Sequence record: DRR378314_1639
Direction: 5' to 3' (one strand)
Length of the DNA stretch: 57,280 nucleotides
The position numbers and the translations under genes were made by a program. Under the pieces are notes generated by a model, which worked only from the letters and a program-made list of their open reading frames with translations, was not told where the DNA came from and searched no databases. The first letter of the stretch is position 1; each line of letters opens with the position of its first letter. Below, piece by piece: positions 31,878 to 42,712 of this stretch.

Positions 31878-33098
31878 ATGGCACAGCTGCAGAACAAACA
31901 CATACTTTTAGGTATTACCGGTGGCATTGCCGCCTATAAGGCGCCTGACCTGGTGCGCCGTTTGCGTGAGCAGGGCGCAGAAGTTCGTGTGGTGCTGACT
32001 GCCGGTGCCAAAGCCTTCGTAACCCCACTTAGCTTACAAGCTGTGTCCGGCTTTACGGTCAGCGACGACCTGCTGGATCCGACAGCAGAAGCCGCTATGG
32101 GCCATATTGAACTGGCTCGCTGGGCTGACCAAATTGTTATTGCTCCGGCAACGGCTAACACCATTGCCCGTATTGCTCACGGCTTTGCCGATGACCTGTT
32201 GAGTACCTTGGTTTTAGCCAGTAAAGCGCCGCTCGCCATTGCTCCGGCAATGAATCAACAAATGTGGGCGGCTACTGCGGTGCAGGAAAACATTGAAACG
32301 CTACTTAGCCGTGGTGTGCAAATGATAGGCCCGGAAAGTGGCGAACAGGCCTGTGGCGATGTCGGTTACGGCCGCATGAGTGACCCTACAGAGATTGTGC
32401 AGGCGTTAATAAAAAAAGCCCCTGAAGCCAAGCAAGACTGGCAGGGTAAAACCTTTGTGATTACCGCAGGCCCGACCCGTGAAGCCATCGACCCAGTGCG
32501 CTACATCAGTAATCACAGTTCCGGAAAAATGGGGTATGCCCTGGCTGAAGCTGCTGCACATGCAGGGGCTGAAGTCATTTTAGTATCCGGGCCAACGCAA
32601 CTGCCCACGCCCGCCGGCGTTCAACGCGTTGACGTAGAAACCACAGAACAAATGCTAAACGCGGTACAGCAGCAACTGCCAAACTGCGATGTGTTTATTG
32701 GTTGTGCCGCTGTGTCAGACTATCGGGTTGCTGAGGTTGCCTCGCAGAAAATAAAAAAAGAACAGAACAACCAGCCGCCACAACTAAAGCTGGTGCAAAA
32801 CCCGGACATTCTGCAGCAGGTCGCCAGCTCTGAAAAACCACCTTTTACCGTTGGGTTTGCGGCCGAAACTGAAAACCTAAAAGCCAACGCGTTGCGCAAA
32901 CTGGAACGAAAGCAGCTACAAATGATTGTCGCTAACGACGTTAGTCAGGTTGGGCTGGGTTTTAACAGCGACAGCAATAACGCCATTATTTTGAGTAAGG
33001 ACAGTGAGCAGTCACTTCCAACAATGAGCAAGCATGATATGGCTATTGCAATTATCGACGCGATAGCCAAACGTTATTTTAATACCACTGCTAATTAA
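31878..33098 (+). CDS. coaBC: Bifunctional phosphopantothenoylcysteine decarboxylase/synthetase
   Basis: GITGGIAAYK, PAMN, ACGDVGYGRM, TAGPTRE.IDPVRYISNHSSGKMG and GFAAET. Confidence 0.97.
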   Translation: MAQLQNKHILLGITGGIAAYKAPDLVRRLREQGAEVRVVLTAGAKAFVTPLSLQAVSGFTVSDDLLDPTAEAAMGHIELARWADQIVIAPATANTIARIAHGFADDLLSTLVLASKAPLAIAPAMNQQMWAATAVQENIETLLSRGVQMIGPESGEQACGDVGYGRMSDPTEIVQALIKKAPEAKQDWQGKTFVITAGPTREAIDPVRYISNHSSGKMGYALAEAAAHAGAEVILVSGPTQLPTPAGVQRVDVETTEQMLNAVQQQLPNCDVFIGCAAVSDYRVAEVASQKIKKEQNNQPPQLKLVQNPDILQQVASSEKPPFTVGFAAETENLKANALRKLERKQLQMIVANDVSQVGLGFNSDSNNAIILSKDSEQSLPTMSKHDMAIAIIDAIAKRYFNTTAN

Positions 33099-33116
33099 TA
33101 AGAAAGTGAGAACTCC

Positions 33117-33572
33117 ATGACGCAAGTCGAAGTAAAAATTTTAGATGACCGCATTGGCCAGTCTATTCCGCTTCCTGAATACGCCACACAGGGCTCCGCC
33201 GGAATGGATCTGCGTGCCTGCCTGGACCAGCCATTAACCATTGAGCCAGGACAAACTCAGTTAATAGGCACCGGTATTGCCATGTACATTGGCGACCCGA
33301 ATTATGCGGCCACTATTTTACCGCGTTCAGGGCTGGGCCATAAGCACGGCCTGGTGCTGGGTAACCTGGTCGGCCTTATCGACTCGGACTACCAGGGCGA
33401 GCTTAAAGTGTCCTGCTGGAACCGCAGTAACCAGGCTTACACCATTGAGCCCGGCGACCGTATTGCGCAACTAGTGATTTTGCCGGTTGTGCAGGCGCAA
33501 ATGTCGATTGTTGAAGAGTTCCACGAGACGGATCGTGGTGAAGGTGGTTTTGGTCATTCTGGTCGTTCGTAG
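33117..33572 (+). CDS. dut: dUTP diphosphatase
   Basis: [22 protein letters not shown] and [10 protein letters not shown]. Confidence 0.98.
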   Translation: MTQVEVKILDDRIGQSIPLPEYATQGSAGMDLRACLDQPLTIEPGQTQLIGTGIAMYIGDPNYAATILPRSGLGHKHGLVLGNLVGLIDSDYQGELKVSCWNRSNQAYTIEPGDRIAQLVILPVVQAQMSIVEEFHETDRGEGGFGHSGRS

Positions 33573-33620
33573 TTACAGCAACTAATCATTCTGGCCTCTC
33601 AAATAAGGAAAGTTACTGTC

Positions 33621-34211
33621 ATGGCAGAACAAAAACGTAACCGTCGTGAAGAAATTTTACAGGCTTTAGCGGCAATGCTGGAAACCAGTCCGGGTCAGCG
33701 CATTACTACAGCAAAACTGGCGGCTAATTTAGGCGTTTCAGAGGCGGCTTTATATCGTCACTTTCCGTCGAAAGCGCGGATGTTTGAAGGGCTTATCGAG
33801 TTTGTTGAAGACACCCTGCTAACCCGTATTAACATGATTATGGACGAGGAGAAAAACACCCTCTCCCGCTGTCACGCAATATTGCAGCTATTGCTGACGT
33901 TTGCCGAGCGCAACCCCGGTATTACCCGTGTTATGACAGGTGATGCATTAATGGGTGAACATGACCGTTTGCGTGGTCGTATGGAAGATTTGTTCAACCG
34001 TATAGAGAGTTCAATTAAGCAAATACTGCGCGAGAAAGCGATGCGCGAACAGCAGCGCTTTATTGTGGACGAAGCGGTATTAGCGAACTTATTACTGAGC
34101 TATGCCGATGGCAAAATCAGTCAGTTTGTACGGTCTAACTTTAAGCGTTTACCGACCGAGCATTTCTCGGCTCAGTGGCAGGTAATGGAGCAACAGCTAA
34201 TCAGTGCGTAA
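33621..34211 (+). CDS. slmA: Nucleoid occlusion factor SlmA (TetR family)
   Basis: [13 protein letters not shown] and ITTAKLA...[22 protein letters not shown]; follows dut. Confidence 0.96.
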   Translation: MAEQKRNRREEILQALAAMLETSPGQRITTAKLAANLGVSEAALYRHFPSKARMFEGLIEFVEDTLLTRINMIMDEEKNTLSRCHAILQLLLTFAERNPGITRVMTGDALMGEHDRLRGRMEDLFNRIESSIKQILREKAMREQQRFIVDEAVLANLLLSYADGKISQFVRSNFKRLPTEHFSAQWQVMEQQLISA

Positions 34212-34229
34212 ATAAAGGCGTAAAACAGA

Positions 34230-35231
34230 TCACTCCGTTTTACGCTCACGGCTTAATAAATCGATAGCGGCCTGTTGCGGTTCTTTGCCTTCGTAAAGGA
34301 CCGCATATATCTGCTCACAGATGGGCATTTCCACTTGGTTGCGAGCGGCTAAAGCAACCACTTCACGGGTATTACGGTAGCCTTCAACCGATTGCCCAAT
34401 ACTCTTCAGCGCTTCTTCAACTCCTTTGCCCTGACCTAAAGCCATGCCAAAACGGCGATTACGCGACTGATTGTCGGTACAGGTAAGAATTAAATCGCCC
34501 AAACCTGCCATACCAGTAAAGGTTTCGCTTTTTGCGCCTAACTTCAGACCTAACCGGGTAAGTTCAGCCAAACCGCGGGTAATAAGCGCCGTGCGGGCGT
34601 TAGCACCAAAGCCAATACCGTCGGCCATACCAGCACCAATAGCTATGACATTTTTAACCACGCCACCTAGCTGCACACCAATAAAGTCGTTATTGGTGTA
34701 AACCCGGAAAGAACGATCACAATGCAGAAGCCCGGAAAGCTCTTCGACAAAAGCCTGATCGGTTGACGACATAGAAATGGCAGTAGGTAAGCCTTTAGCC
34801 ATTTCAATAGCGAAAGTAGGACCGGATAACACCGCTAGCGGATGCTCGTCGCCCAGAGTTTCTTCTGCGACTTCGTACAAAAGACGCCCACTGTCCGGCT
34901 CTAACCCTTTGGTTGCCCAGGCAACGCGGGCATGTTCCGCTAACAAAGGTTTTGCCTGCTTCAGCATAGACGAAAACGAATGACTGGGAACCACAACCAC
35001 TACGTTTTTCACGTCTTTAAGGGCTTCGCCTAAGTCGGCAGTAACCTTTAATGATTCGGGAAACGGGCACGCCGGCAGGTACTCTTCGTTTTCATGAGCC
35101 GTTTGCATAACGGCAACTTTATCGGCATCCCGCCCCCATAAGGTAGTAGGAATACCTTTACGGGCAAAACAAATAGCAAGGGCGGTCCCGTAAGAGCCCG
35201 CCCCTAATACTGTCACCTGAGGTGTCTGCAT
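34230..35231 (-). CDS. gpsA: NAD(P)H-dependent glycerol-3-phosphate dehydrogenase
   Basis: [25 protein letters not shown] and [20 protein letters not shown]. Confidence 0.97.
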   Translation of the reverse strand: MQTPQVTVLGAGSYGTALAICFARKGIPTTLWGRDADKVAVMQTAHENEEYLPACPFPESLKVTADLGEALKDVKNVVVVVPSHSFSSMLKQAKPLLAEHARVAWATKGLEPDSGRLLYEVAEETLGDEHPLAVLSGPTFAIEMAKGLPTAISMSSTDQAFVEELSGLLHCDRSFRVYTNNDFIGVQLGGVVKNVIAIGAGMADGIGFGANARTALITRGLAELTRLGLKLGAKSETFTGMAGLGDLILTCTDNQSRNRRFGMALGQGKGVEEALKSIGQSVEGYRNTREVVALAARNQVEMPICEQIYAVLYEGKEPQQAAIDLLSRERKTE

Positions 35232-35243
35232 TATTGTATCTGC

Positions 35244-35747
35244 TTACGCGTCTGCAGTTTGCTGACCCTGAGCCTGTTCAGCTTGCTGCTGCATGTGACG
35301 CTGGAAAATCGCATCAAAGTTAACAGGAGCCAGGTTCAACTGTGGGAAAGTCGCACGGTTAACAAGGTTTGAAACGCACTCACGAGCGTAAGGGAACAAA
35401 ATGTTCGGGCAGAAAGAACCCAGCATGTGTGCCAGCTGGCCGTCCTGAACTTCTTCACCAATAGTGAAAATACCCGCCTGATGTACTTCACAAAGGAAAG
35501 CAACGTCGTCTTCAACTTTGTTAGTTGCCGTCAGAGTCAGTACCACTTCGTAAACACCGTCTTCAATTTTTTCGTGTTTAACGTTCAGGTCTAATTTAAG
35601 GTCAGGCTTCCATTCTTTACGGAAAATAGCCGGAGAGCTTGGAGTTTCAAAAGAGATGTCTTTAGCGTAGATACGCTGAATAGCGAATTGTACTTGCTGC
35701 TGTTGGTTTTCAGCTGCTGCGCCGTTTGCTTGCTGTTCTTCAGCCAT
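35244..35747 (-). CDS. secB: Protein export chaperone SecB
   Basis: [23 protein letters not shown] and LAPVNFDA. Confidence 0.97.
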   Translation of the reverse strand: MAEEQQANGAAAENQQQQVQFAIQRIYAKDISFETPSSPAIFRKEWKPDLKLDLNVKHEKIEDGVYEVVLTLTATNKVEDDVAFLCEVHQAGIFTIGEEVQDGQLAHMLGSFCPNILFPYARECVSNLVNRATFPQLNLAPVNFDAIFQRHMQQQAEQAQGQQTADA

Positions 35748-35789
35748 GATTTTACTTCCTATTCTTTTTTAAGTATTAGACGAATTTTA

Positions 35790-36221
35790 TTATTTTTTCT
35801 GCGAAACCGGCAATTTGGCGCTGCGCCATGTGTTCATACCACCTTGCAGCACAGCAACTTGAGTAAAGCCTTCAGCCGTTAGCTGGCTAACTGCCGATTT
35901 TGCCGTCATTCCTGTTGCACAGACTATCACAATGGGGGCTTCTTTGAACTTTTCAATAGAGGAAAGTTCTTTTTGTTTAATTTTTTCCATCGGTAATGAC
36001 ACCGATCCGTGAATGTGTCCTTTCTTAAATTCATCCGGACTACGAATATCAACAAAAACGCCATCACCGCGGTTTACCCATACCGTGGCCTCTTGCGGTT
36101 CTAAATTTTTTGTCGGTGACATAGCCGAGCGAATCGTGGTCACAATCAGTGCGACTAGCAGCACAACCCAGATACCACTCATCATCGGGTTGCTTTTGAC
36201 AAATTCCATAATTTCTTGCAT
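35790..36221 (-). CDS. Membrane-anchored rhodanese-domain protein (YibN-like)
   Basis: N-terminal TM, VDIR, GHIHGS and LQGGM..W...LP; usual position upstream of secB. Confidence 0.88.
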   Translation of the reverse strand: MQEIMEFVKSNPMMSGIWVVLLVALIVTTIRSAMSPTKNLEPQEATVWVNRGDGVFVDIRSPDEFKKGHIHGSVSLPMEKIKQKELSSIEKFKEAPIVIVCATGMTAKSAVSQLTAEGFTQVAVLQGGMNTWRSAKLPVSQKK

Positions 36222-36386
36222 AAGACCTACCAGTATTCGTCGGTAACAGAAAAGAGTTGCGGGTCAAGAGTATACCTGTACAAATCGCAGTTTCCAGAAA
36301 AATCTTGGGTGGATGCGTAAGCTCTGGAAATCGAGTAGAATGTTGGCTAATTTCATCTGTGAAAACACCGAGCAATGAGGCCCATT

Positions 36387-37922
36387 ATGACTCCTACGAT
36401 AAAACCTTTGGTATTGTTGATTCTGGACGGCTGGGGTTACCGTGAAGATGCACCTGATAATGCGATAGCCAAAGCGAATACTCCGGTTATGGATCGTTTA
36501 TGGGAAAAATACCCGCATTGTTTGGTCGATGGCTCCGGTGGCGCAGTTGGTTTACCTGACGGCCAAATGGGTAATTCCGAAGTCGGTCACGTTAATTTAG
36601 GCGCTGGCCGCATTGTTTATCAGGACTTTACCCGCATTAGCAAAGCCATTTCTGACCGCAGTTTTTTCAGTAACACGATACTTTGCGACGCCCTGAAAAA
36701 AGCCAAAGCTGCTAAGGGTGCAGTCCATATTATGGGGTTACTCTCCGCCGGCGGTGTTCACAGCCACGAAGACCATCTGGTCGCAATGATAGAAATGGCG
36801 GTTGAGCAAGGCGCAGAAGACGTTTACCTGCATGCTTTCTTAGATGGTCGTGATACACCACCGAAATCGGCACAGCCTTCCATTGAACGTTTTGAAGCTT
36901 TATTTGCACGTTTAGGCAAAGGTCGTTTCGCCACCTTAAGTGGCCGCTTCTTCGCCATGGACAGAGACAAGCGCTGGGAGCGCATTGAACAGTCTTACAA
37001 AGCGGTTTATCACGGTCTTTCAGGGGTAACATCTGCCAACGCAACAGACGCAGTAGAAAACGCCTATGAACGCGGGGAAACCGATGAGTTTGTCACTCCG
37101 GTAGTTATTGGTCAGCCTGCTCCAATTGCTAATGGCGATTCCGTATTTTTTATGAACTTCCGTGCTGACCGTGCCCGTGAAATGACTCAAGCCTTCGTCG
37201 ACAAAGACTTCGACGGTTTTGATCGTGGCTCGCGCGCTGACATTAGCGAATTCGTTATGCTGACCCAATATGCCGATACCTTAGAAGCGCCCAGCGCCTT
37301 CCCACCCGAGCCTTTGAATAATGTTCTGGGTGAATGGCTTGCTAAGCATGATAAAACTCAGCTGCGCATTTCCGAGACCGAAAAATACGCACACGTTACT
37401 TTCTTTTTCAGTGGCGGACGCGAGCAGGAATTTGAAGGCGAAAAGCGTGTTCTTATTCCTTCACCTAAAGTTAAAACCTACGACTTACAGCCAGAAATGA
37501 GCTCAGAACAACTTACCGACGAGTTGGTTGCAGCCATTGAGTCTCAAGCCTTTGACGTTGTGATTTGCAACTACCCGAACGGTGACATGGTTGGACATAC
37601 TGGTAATTTTGATGCCGCCGTTAAAGCTTGTGAAGCCGTTGATCATAGTGTCGGACGAGTGGTTTCGGCATTAGAAGCTGTTGGTGGTGAATGTCTGATA
37701 ACGGCAGACCATGGCAACGCAGAGCAAATGAGTGACGCCACTACCGGGCAGGCACATACCGCTCATACGAACGAACTTGTGCCTTTTATTTATGTGGGCC
37801 GACCGGCTAAAGCCCGAAATGGACGCCTGTCAGACGTTGCACCAACCATACTGCATTTAATTGGCATGGAGCAGCCGGACGAAATGACCGGTACGTCGCT
37901 AATGACGTTAGAACAGGATTAA
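36387..37922 (+). CDS. gpmI: 2,3-bisphosphoglycerate-independent phosphoglycerate mutase
   Basis: [29 protein letters not shown] and TADHGNAE. Start probably ATG 36387. Confidence 0.97.
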   Translation: MTPTIKPLVLLILDGWGYREDAPDNAIAKANTPVMDRLWEKYPHCLVDGSGGAVGLPDGQMGNSEVGHVNLGAGRIVYQDFTRISKAISDRSFFSNTILCDALKKAKAAKGAVHIMGLLSAGGVHSHEDHLVAMIEMAVEQGAEDVYLHAFLDGRDTPPKSAQPSIERFEALFARLGKGRFATLSGRFFAMDRDKRWERIEQSYKAVYHGLSGVTSANATDAVENAYERGETDEFVTPVVIGQPAPIANGDSVFFMNFRADRAREMTQAFVDKDFDGFDRGSRADISEFVMLTQYADTLEAPSAFPPEPLNNVLGEWLAKHDKTQLRISETEKYAHVTFFFSGGREQEFEGEKRVLIPSPKVKTYDLQPEMSSEQLTDELVAAIESQAFDVVICNYPNGDMVGHTGNFDAAVKACEAVDHSVGRVVSALEAVGGECLITADHGNAEQMSDATTGQAHTAHTNELVPFIYVGRPAKARNGRLSDVAPTILHLIGMEQPDEMTGTSLMTLEQD

Positions 37923-37925
37923 CTT

Positions 37926-39071
37926 ATGCCAATAAGGCTGTTTTGGGCAGTGGCGCTGGGGCTGGTTGTTATCAGCCCCGGTTTAGCGCAGGACTATAGC
38001 GAGGATGATAAAGCCTCGACTCAAGCCGAAATTGCAGCGGTTAAAGAGGAACTGGCTAAGCGTTTACAGGCTATAGAAGAGCGAAGCAGTGCACTAAACT
38101 CAACTGAACGACAACTGCGTGATCTGGAAATAAAAACCTCAGAAATAGCCGGCTCTTTGCGCCAGACCGAAACCGAACTTAAAGAAATTACTGCAGAAAT
38201 AGCTGACTCAGAACAACGCCGCGAAGAGCTTAAGCAAAAACAAAAGCAGCAGATGACACAACTGGAAGATCAGCTGGTTTCCGCTTATATGAACGGTAAT
38301 CACGACTTTCTGAAAATGCTGTTAAACCAGCAAAACCCTGGCCAGTTTGAAAGAATGTTGAGCTATTACCAATACATGAATGCCGCCAGAGTTGAAGAGA
38401 TTGAAGTTATTCGACGCACTCAGGAAGAAATTGCCACGCTGACAGAACAACTTAAGCAGCAACAAAACCAGTTAGCGAGCTTACAGGCCGAACAACAAGA
38501 ACAACGCGCACAACTGGAGCAGCAGCAACACCGGCAGGAAGAGAAGTTAGCAGAGCTGCAACAACAGCAACGTAAAGACCGGTCCCGGGTAAATCAACTG
38601 GAGCAAAGCCGGGAGCAATTAGAGCAGGTATTAAGTGCCATTGAAACCGCGCTGGCTCAGCAAAAAGACGTTCGTCTGGTTGGCCTGCAGGCAGTCAAGA
38701 ATCAACTTCGCTGGCCAAGTGACGGAGACGTGAAACGCTTGTTTGGACAACGCCGCGAAGGTCCGCTTGAATGGAAAGGTGTGCTCATTGAAGGACAAAA
38801 CGGGCAACCGGTTCGCTCCATTGCTAACGGCCGTGTGGTATACGCAGACTGGCTGCGAGGCTTTGGTTTAGTCATCGTTATTGACCACGGTGAGAGTTAT
38901 ATGAGCTTATATGGCCACAACCAGACATTAACAAAAGCGGTTGGTGATAAAGTGCGTAAAGACGAAGAAATTGCACTGATGGGTCAGTCTGGTTCACGTA
39001 ATAGTGCGGCACTTTACTTTGAAATTCGCCATCAGGGGCGTCCACAAAACCCAAGTAACTGGATACGCTAA
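37926..39071 (+). CDS. envC: Murein hydrolase activator EnvC (coiled coil plus degenerate M23 domain)
   Basis: Signal peptide, long Q/E coiled coil, WKGVLI, YMSLYGHNQ and LYFEIR. Confidence 0.9.
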   Translation: MPIRLFWAVALGLVVISPGLAQDYSEDDKASTQAEIAAVKEELAKRLQAIEERSSALNSTERQLRDLEIKTSEIAGSLRQTETELKEITAEIADSEQRREELKQKQKQQMTQLEDQLVSAYMNGNHDFLKMLLNQQNPGQFERMLSYYQYMNAARVEEIEVIRRTQEEIATLTEQLKQQQNQLASLQAEQQEQRAQLEQQQHRQEEKLAELQQQQRKDRSRVNQLEQSREQLEQVLSAIETALAQQKDVRLVGLQAVKNQLRWPSDGDVKRLFGQRREGPLEWKGVLIEGQNGQPVRSIANGRVVYADWLRGFGLVIVIDHGESYMSLYGHNQTLTKAVGDKVRKDEEIALMGQSGSRNSAALYFEIRHQGRPQNPSNWIR

Positions 39072-39826
39072 TGTTAAGGTTTGTGCTAGCTTTGGGGTTA
39101 TTGCTGTGTCTGTCGGTTCCAGTCTACGCCTCTAAAATCGCTATTGTTATCGACGATATAGGCAATAATAAAAACGATTTAAAAGCAGCTCTGTTACCCG
39201 GCAATATCAGTTTCGCAGTACTACCCTATACCCCTTATGCCCGCGCTTTTGCTTTACGTGCCCATCATCAGAAAAAACAAATACTACTGCATATGCCAAT
39301 GGAAGCCGTTGAAAATAACCGACCGGGTCCCGGCGTGGTTACGGCGGATATGAACAATGCGCAGATCAAACTGCAACTGGTTGATGCCCTGGACTCAATA
39401 CCTTACGTTACTGGCGTGAATAATCATATGGGAAGCAAATTGACCCAACTACAAATGCCCATGCAAGCGGTGATGGAAACACTGGCGGCGCGCAAACTCT
39501 TTTTTATTGATAGCCGGACATCTGAGTTCAGCGTTGCAGAAAAAATGGCGGGAGAATTTGGTGTACGAACATCACATAGGCATGTGTTTCTTGATAACCA
39601 AGTTGATGAACCCTATTTACGGCAGCAATTTGAACAACTGCTGAGTATAGCCAAACATCAGGGACAGGCCATAGCTATTGGACATCCTTACCCAGAAACA
39701 CTTAGCTTTTTGCAAAAGCAACTACCATTATTAAAAGAGCAGGGTATTGAATTGGTATTCGTATCTGAGTTAACCACAGTAGTTAACCGCAATGAGTATC
39801 TTCTTCCAGTGACGTCAGCAAAATAA
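39071..39826 (+). CDS. Divergent polysaccharide deacetylase (YibQ-like)
   Basis: IAIVIDDIG, LLHMPME, NNHMGS, FIDSRT and AIGHP. Confidence 0.9.
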   Translation: MLRFVLALGLLLCLSVPVYASKIAIVIDDIGNNKNDLKAALLPGNISFAVLPYTPYARAFALRAHHQKKQILLHMPMEAVENNRPGPGVVTADMNNAQIKLQLVDALDSIPYVTGVNNHMGSKLTQLQMPMQAVMETLAARKLFFIDSRTSEFSVAEKMAGEFGVRTSHRHVFLDNQVDEPYLRQQFEQLLSIAKHQGQAIAIGHPYPETLSFLQKQLPLLKEQGIELVFVSELTTVVNRNEYLLPVTSAK

Positions 39827-40040
39827 GCGCCTGCTCGCGAGTTTCGCCGCAGACATAGTCATCGGCAGAAAACTCACCACACACTTTCGGCCGTTCTGGC
39901 TTCCCAAATAAACGACACAAATTATCGTCATCGAGTTGAACACAACGCACACCCGCCGGTTTGCCGTTAGGCATACCGGGGATGGGAGAACTAATTGAGG
40001 GGGCTATGCAGCAAGCGCCGCAACCAATGCGGCACTTCAT
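39783..40040 (-). CDS. YkgJ-family cysteine-cluster (CxxCxxCC-type) protein
   Basis: MKCRIGCGACCIAPSISS.IPGMP.GKPAG.RC.QL...LC...RP.VC. Confidence 0.88.
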   Translation of the reverse strand: MKCRIGCGACCIAPSISSPIPGMPNGKPAGVRCVQLDDDNLCRLFGKPERPKVCGEFSADDYVCGETREQALILLTSLEEDTHCG

Positions 40041-40901
40041 TTAGCTCATTGCGAGACGAAGTTTCTTCATCGCGTTTTGTTCAAGTTGGCGAACACGCTC
40101 TGCCGAGACTTCGTATTTTGCTGCCAGGTCATGCAGCGTCGTTTTGTCTTCCGATAACCAGCGAGACTGGACGATATCCTGACTACGCTCATCTAAGTGA
40201 CTCATTGCACCCAGCAGTTTCTGCTGTGTATGGCTTTCGTAGTCTTCCGCTTCAATTTCTGCGGCTAAGTCGGAACGCTTGTCTTCCAGATACATAGCCG
40301 GAGAATAGGCACTGCCCTCTTTCGAGTCATCGTCGTCTGAACTCAGTTCAAACGCCTGATCGTGAGCGCTCATGCGAGTTTCCATTTCCAGCACTTCTTT
40401 AGTACTGACACCCAGCTCATTAGCTACAGTTTCAACTTCTTTCTGGCTAAACCAACCTAAACGCTTTTTCATTTTACGCAGGTTAAAGAACAACTTACGC
40501 TGTGCTTTAGTGGTTGCCACTTTAACAACGCGCCAGTTACGCAGCACGTATTCATGAATTTCTGCTTTTATCCAGTGAACAGCAAAAGACACCAGACGCA
40601 CACCAACTGATGGGTCAAAGCGTTTCACGGCCTTCATTAGGCCAATATTGCCTTCCTGAATTAAATCGGCTTGCGGCAGACCATAACCCGAATAACTACG
40701 AGCTACGTGTACCACAAAACGGAGATGCGACATGATGAGTTCTTTCGCTGCATCAAGGTCACTGTTCTCGTATAATCTTGTTGCCAACGCCTTTTCTTTT
40801 TCGGCGGTGAGCATAGGAATACGGTTGACTGACTGAATATAGCCGTCGAGTCCTGCCCCTTGGGGAACCGATAATGCCATAGTGTTTAATTCAGTGCTCA
40901 T
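40041..40901 (-). CDS. rpoH: RNA polymerase sigma-32 factor
   Basis: [14 protein letters not shown], RpoH box QRKLFFNLR and SAERVRQLE. Confidence 0.98.
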   Translation of the reverse strand: MSTELNTMALSVPQGAGLDGYIQSVNRIPMLTAEKEKALATRLYENSDLDAAKELIMSHLRFVVHVARSYSGYGLPQADLIQEGNIGLMKAVKRFDPSVGVRLVSFAVHWIKAEIHEYVLRNWRVVKVATTKAQRKLFFNLRKMKKRLGWFSQKEVETVANELGVSTKEVLEMETRMSAHDQAFELSSDDDDSKEGSAYSPAMYLEDKRSDLAAEIEAEDYESHTQQKLLGAMSHLDERSQDIVQSRWLSEDKTTLHDLAAKYEVSAERVRQLEQNAMKKLRLAMS

Positions 40902-40955
40902 TTAACAACCTCTACTTAAAATACCGACTTAATTACTGCTTTTTCAGTCAGCTTT

Positions 40956-40983
40956 TAAGACCCTTTTTGAGTCTAAAAGTTCC
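40956..40983 (-). promoter_or_regulatory. Sigma-E promoter of rpoH (P3-like)
   Basis: On the minus strand GGAACTT-N16-TCTTA; rpoH is an established sigma-E target. Confidence 0.8.
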
Positions 40984-41011
40984 ATTATGATCATTGCAGA
41001 TCAGGTAATTC

Positions 41012-41039
41012 AGTATAACTAAGCCTATGGCTTTCGCAA
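41012..41039 (-). promoter_or_regulatory. Possible sigma-70 promoter of rpoH
   Basis: On the minus strand TTGCGA-N16-TATACT. Confidence 0.5.
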
Positions 41040-41046
41040 CCCCATT

Positions 41047-42036
41047 TTATTCAGGTTCTATGCTTTGTATATGACGTCTTACAGCTAAGTAAGAACCTGC
41101 TAAACCTAATCCTACAGCGACCAACCATATAATCAACAGCTCGCCTAACGTCAGACCATTTAATTGGAAAGGCGTTTCGTAAAGTTCAGTTAAATCTACT
41201 ACGGCGCTCTCGACCCACCAGATCAGTAACGCGGTAGCTAACCAGGCAACCAGTCCGCCAATAATTCCGTACCAGACTCCGGTGTATAAAAAAGGACGCT
41301 GAATAAACGCGTTAGTCGCGCCGACCAGTTTCATCACCATAATTTCATCACGCTTGGACAGTATATTTAACCGAATCGTGTTCCCTACAATAAGCACCAC
41401 CGACAAACACAGCACCACGGCCAGCGCTCCGAGAATATCTTCAATTAAATTGAGAATTCCCTGTAGTCGGTTAAGCCATTCCAGATCCATTTTCGCGTAA
41501 GCGACTTCGCGTTGTTTTTCCAGCCGGTTGAGCAATTCCTCGGCCCGCTGCGGCGATCGATGCGACTCAGCCGGAATAACCACCAACACGTCCGGCAGCG
41601 GATTTGATGACAGGTAATCCAGTGTTTCACCAAAGCCCGACTCTTTCTTAAACTCTTCCAACCCCTGCTCTTTTGGAATAAGGCGCACTGACTCAACACC
41701 TTCGGAGAGTTCCGTTTGCGTTTTTAATGTATCGACTTCAGATTGCTGCAGATCCTTCCTTAAAAACAAGGTAACTTCAGAGGCTTCCTGCCAATTATCA
41801 GCAATACTGGTAGTATTTTTGACTAACACGTAAAGTGACGACGGCAGCGTCAGACTCAGCCCCAGTACCGCCATGGTCATAAGAGAAGCAAAAGGATTAC
41901 GCCACAACTCGCCTAAACTCGCAATGGCCTGCTGGGCATGATGCACAGGAACCATAACGAGTCTGCGCCACCAGGGCAATCGGCCGCGATTACTGGCACC
42001 TTTTTCAATGCTGCGGTTGCGGAACAATAAACTCAT
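41047..42036 (-). CDS. ftsX: Cell-division permease FtsX
   Basis: NPLP, IVGNTIRL and MKLVGAT..FI.RPFLY; overlaps the ftsE stop. Confidence 0.96.
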   Translation of the reverse strand: MSLLFRNRSIEKGASNRGRLPWWRRLVMVPVHHAQQAIASLGELWRNPFASLMTMAVLGLSLTLPSSLYVLVKNTTSIADNWQEASEVTLFLRKDLQQSEVDTLKTQTELSEGVESVRLIPKEQGLEEFKKESGFGETLDYLSSNPLPDVLVVIPAESHRSPQRAEELLNRLEKQREVAYAKMDLEWLNRLQGILNLIEDILGALAVVLCLSVVLIVGNTIRLNILSKRDEIMVMKLVGATNAFIQRPFLYTGVWYGIIGGLVAWLATALLIWWVESAVVDLTELYETPFQLNGLTLGELLIIWLVAVGLGLAGSYLAVRRHIQSIEPE

Positions 42037-42710
42037 AGTTCACTGTCCTCCAGACCATCGTTAATCATACGTCCGTCTTTTAAAGTTAGCGTGCGGTAGC
42101 GTAAGCGTGCAATGAGGCCTAAATCGTGGGTGGCAATGAGGACAGCAACACCGACTTTATTAAATTCTTCAAACAACCGGATAATTTCCATCGACAACTT
42201 AGGATCGAGGTTACCGGTGGGCTCATCGGCCAGTAGCAAAGGTGGCTTAGTCACAATAGCGCGGGCAATACCCACTCGTTGCTGCTCACCACCGGATAAC
42301 ATTTTCGGATAGTGTTTTACTTTGTCGGCTATACCCACTTTCTCCAGCGCAGCCACGACACGCTTGCGCGCCTCCTGAACACTGTAGCCTTCGATAATCA
42401 GCGGCAACGCAACGTTATCAAATACCGTTTTATCCATGAGCAGGCGGTGATCCTGAAAAATCATGCCAATATCACGACGCACATAAGGCACTTGCGAGGG
42501 CTTAATCTTTCGCAAATCGTGCCCGTTAATCAGCACCCGGCCTGCGGTTGGTCTTTCCATTAAACTGATGAGTTTAAGCAAGGTACTTTTACCCGCACCG
42601 GAATGGCCCGTTAAAAAGGCCATTTCACCGGGCTCTACGTGGAAGTCGACATGGCTTAGCGCCTGATGGCCTCCACGATAGGTTTTACTGACTTGCTCAA
42701 AGCGGATCAT
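42033..42710 (-). CDS. ftsE: Cell-division ATP-binding protein FtsE
   Basis: [17 protein letters not shown] and [11 protein letters not shown]. Confidence 0.97.
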   Translation of the reverse strand: MIRFEQVSKTYRGGHQALSHVDFHVEPGEMAFLTGHSGAGKSTLLKLISLMERPTAGRVLINGHDLRKIKPSQVPYVRRDIGMIFQDHRLLMDKTVFDNVALPLIIEGYSVQEARKRVVAALEKVGIADKVKHYPKMLSGGEQQRVGIARAIVTKPPLLLADEPTGNLDPKLSMEIIRLFEEFNKVGVAVLIATHDLGLIARLRYRTLTLKDGRMINDGLEDSEL

Positions 42711-42712
42711 GA

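Noticed and set aside
35748-35789. grxC absent between the rhodanese gene and secB
   Set aside because: A simple synteny difference from E. coli; no remnant is visible.
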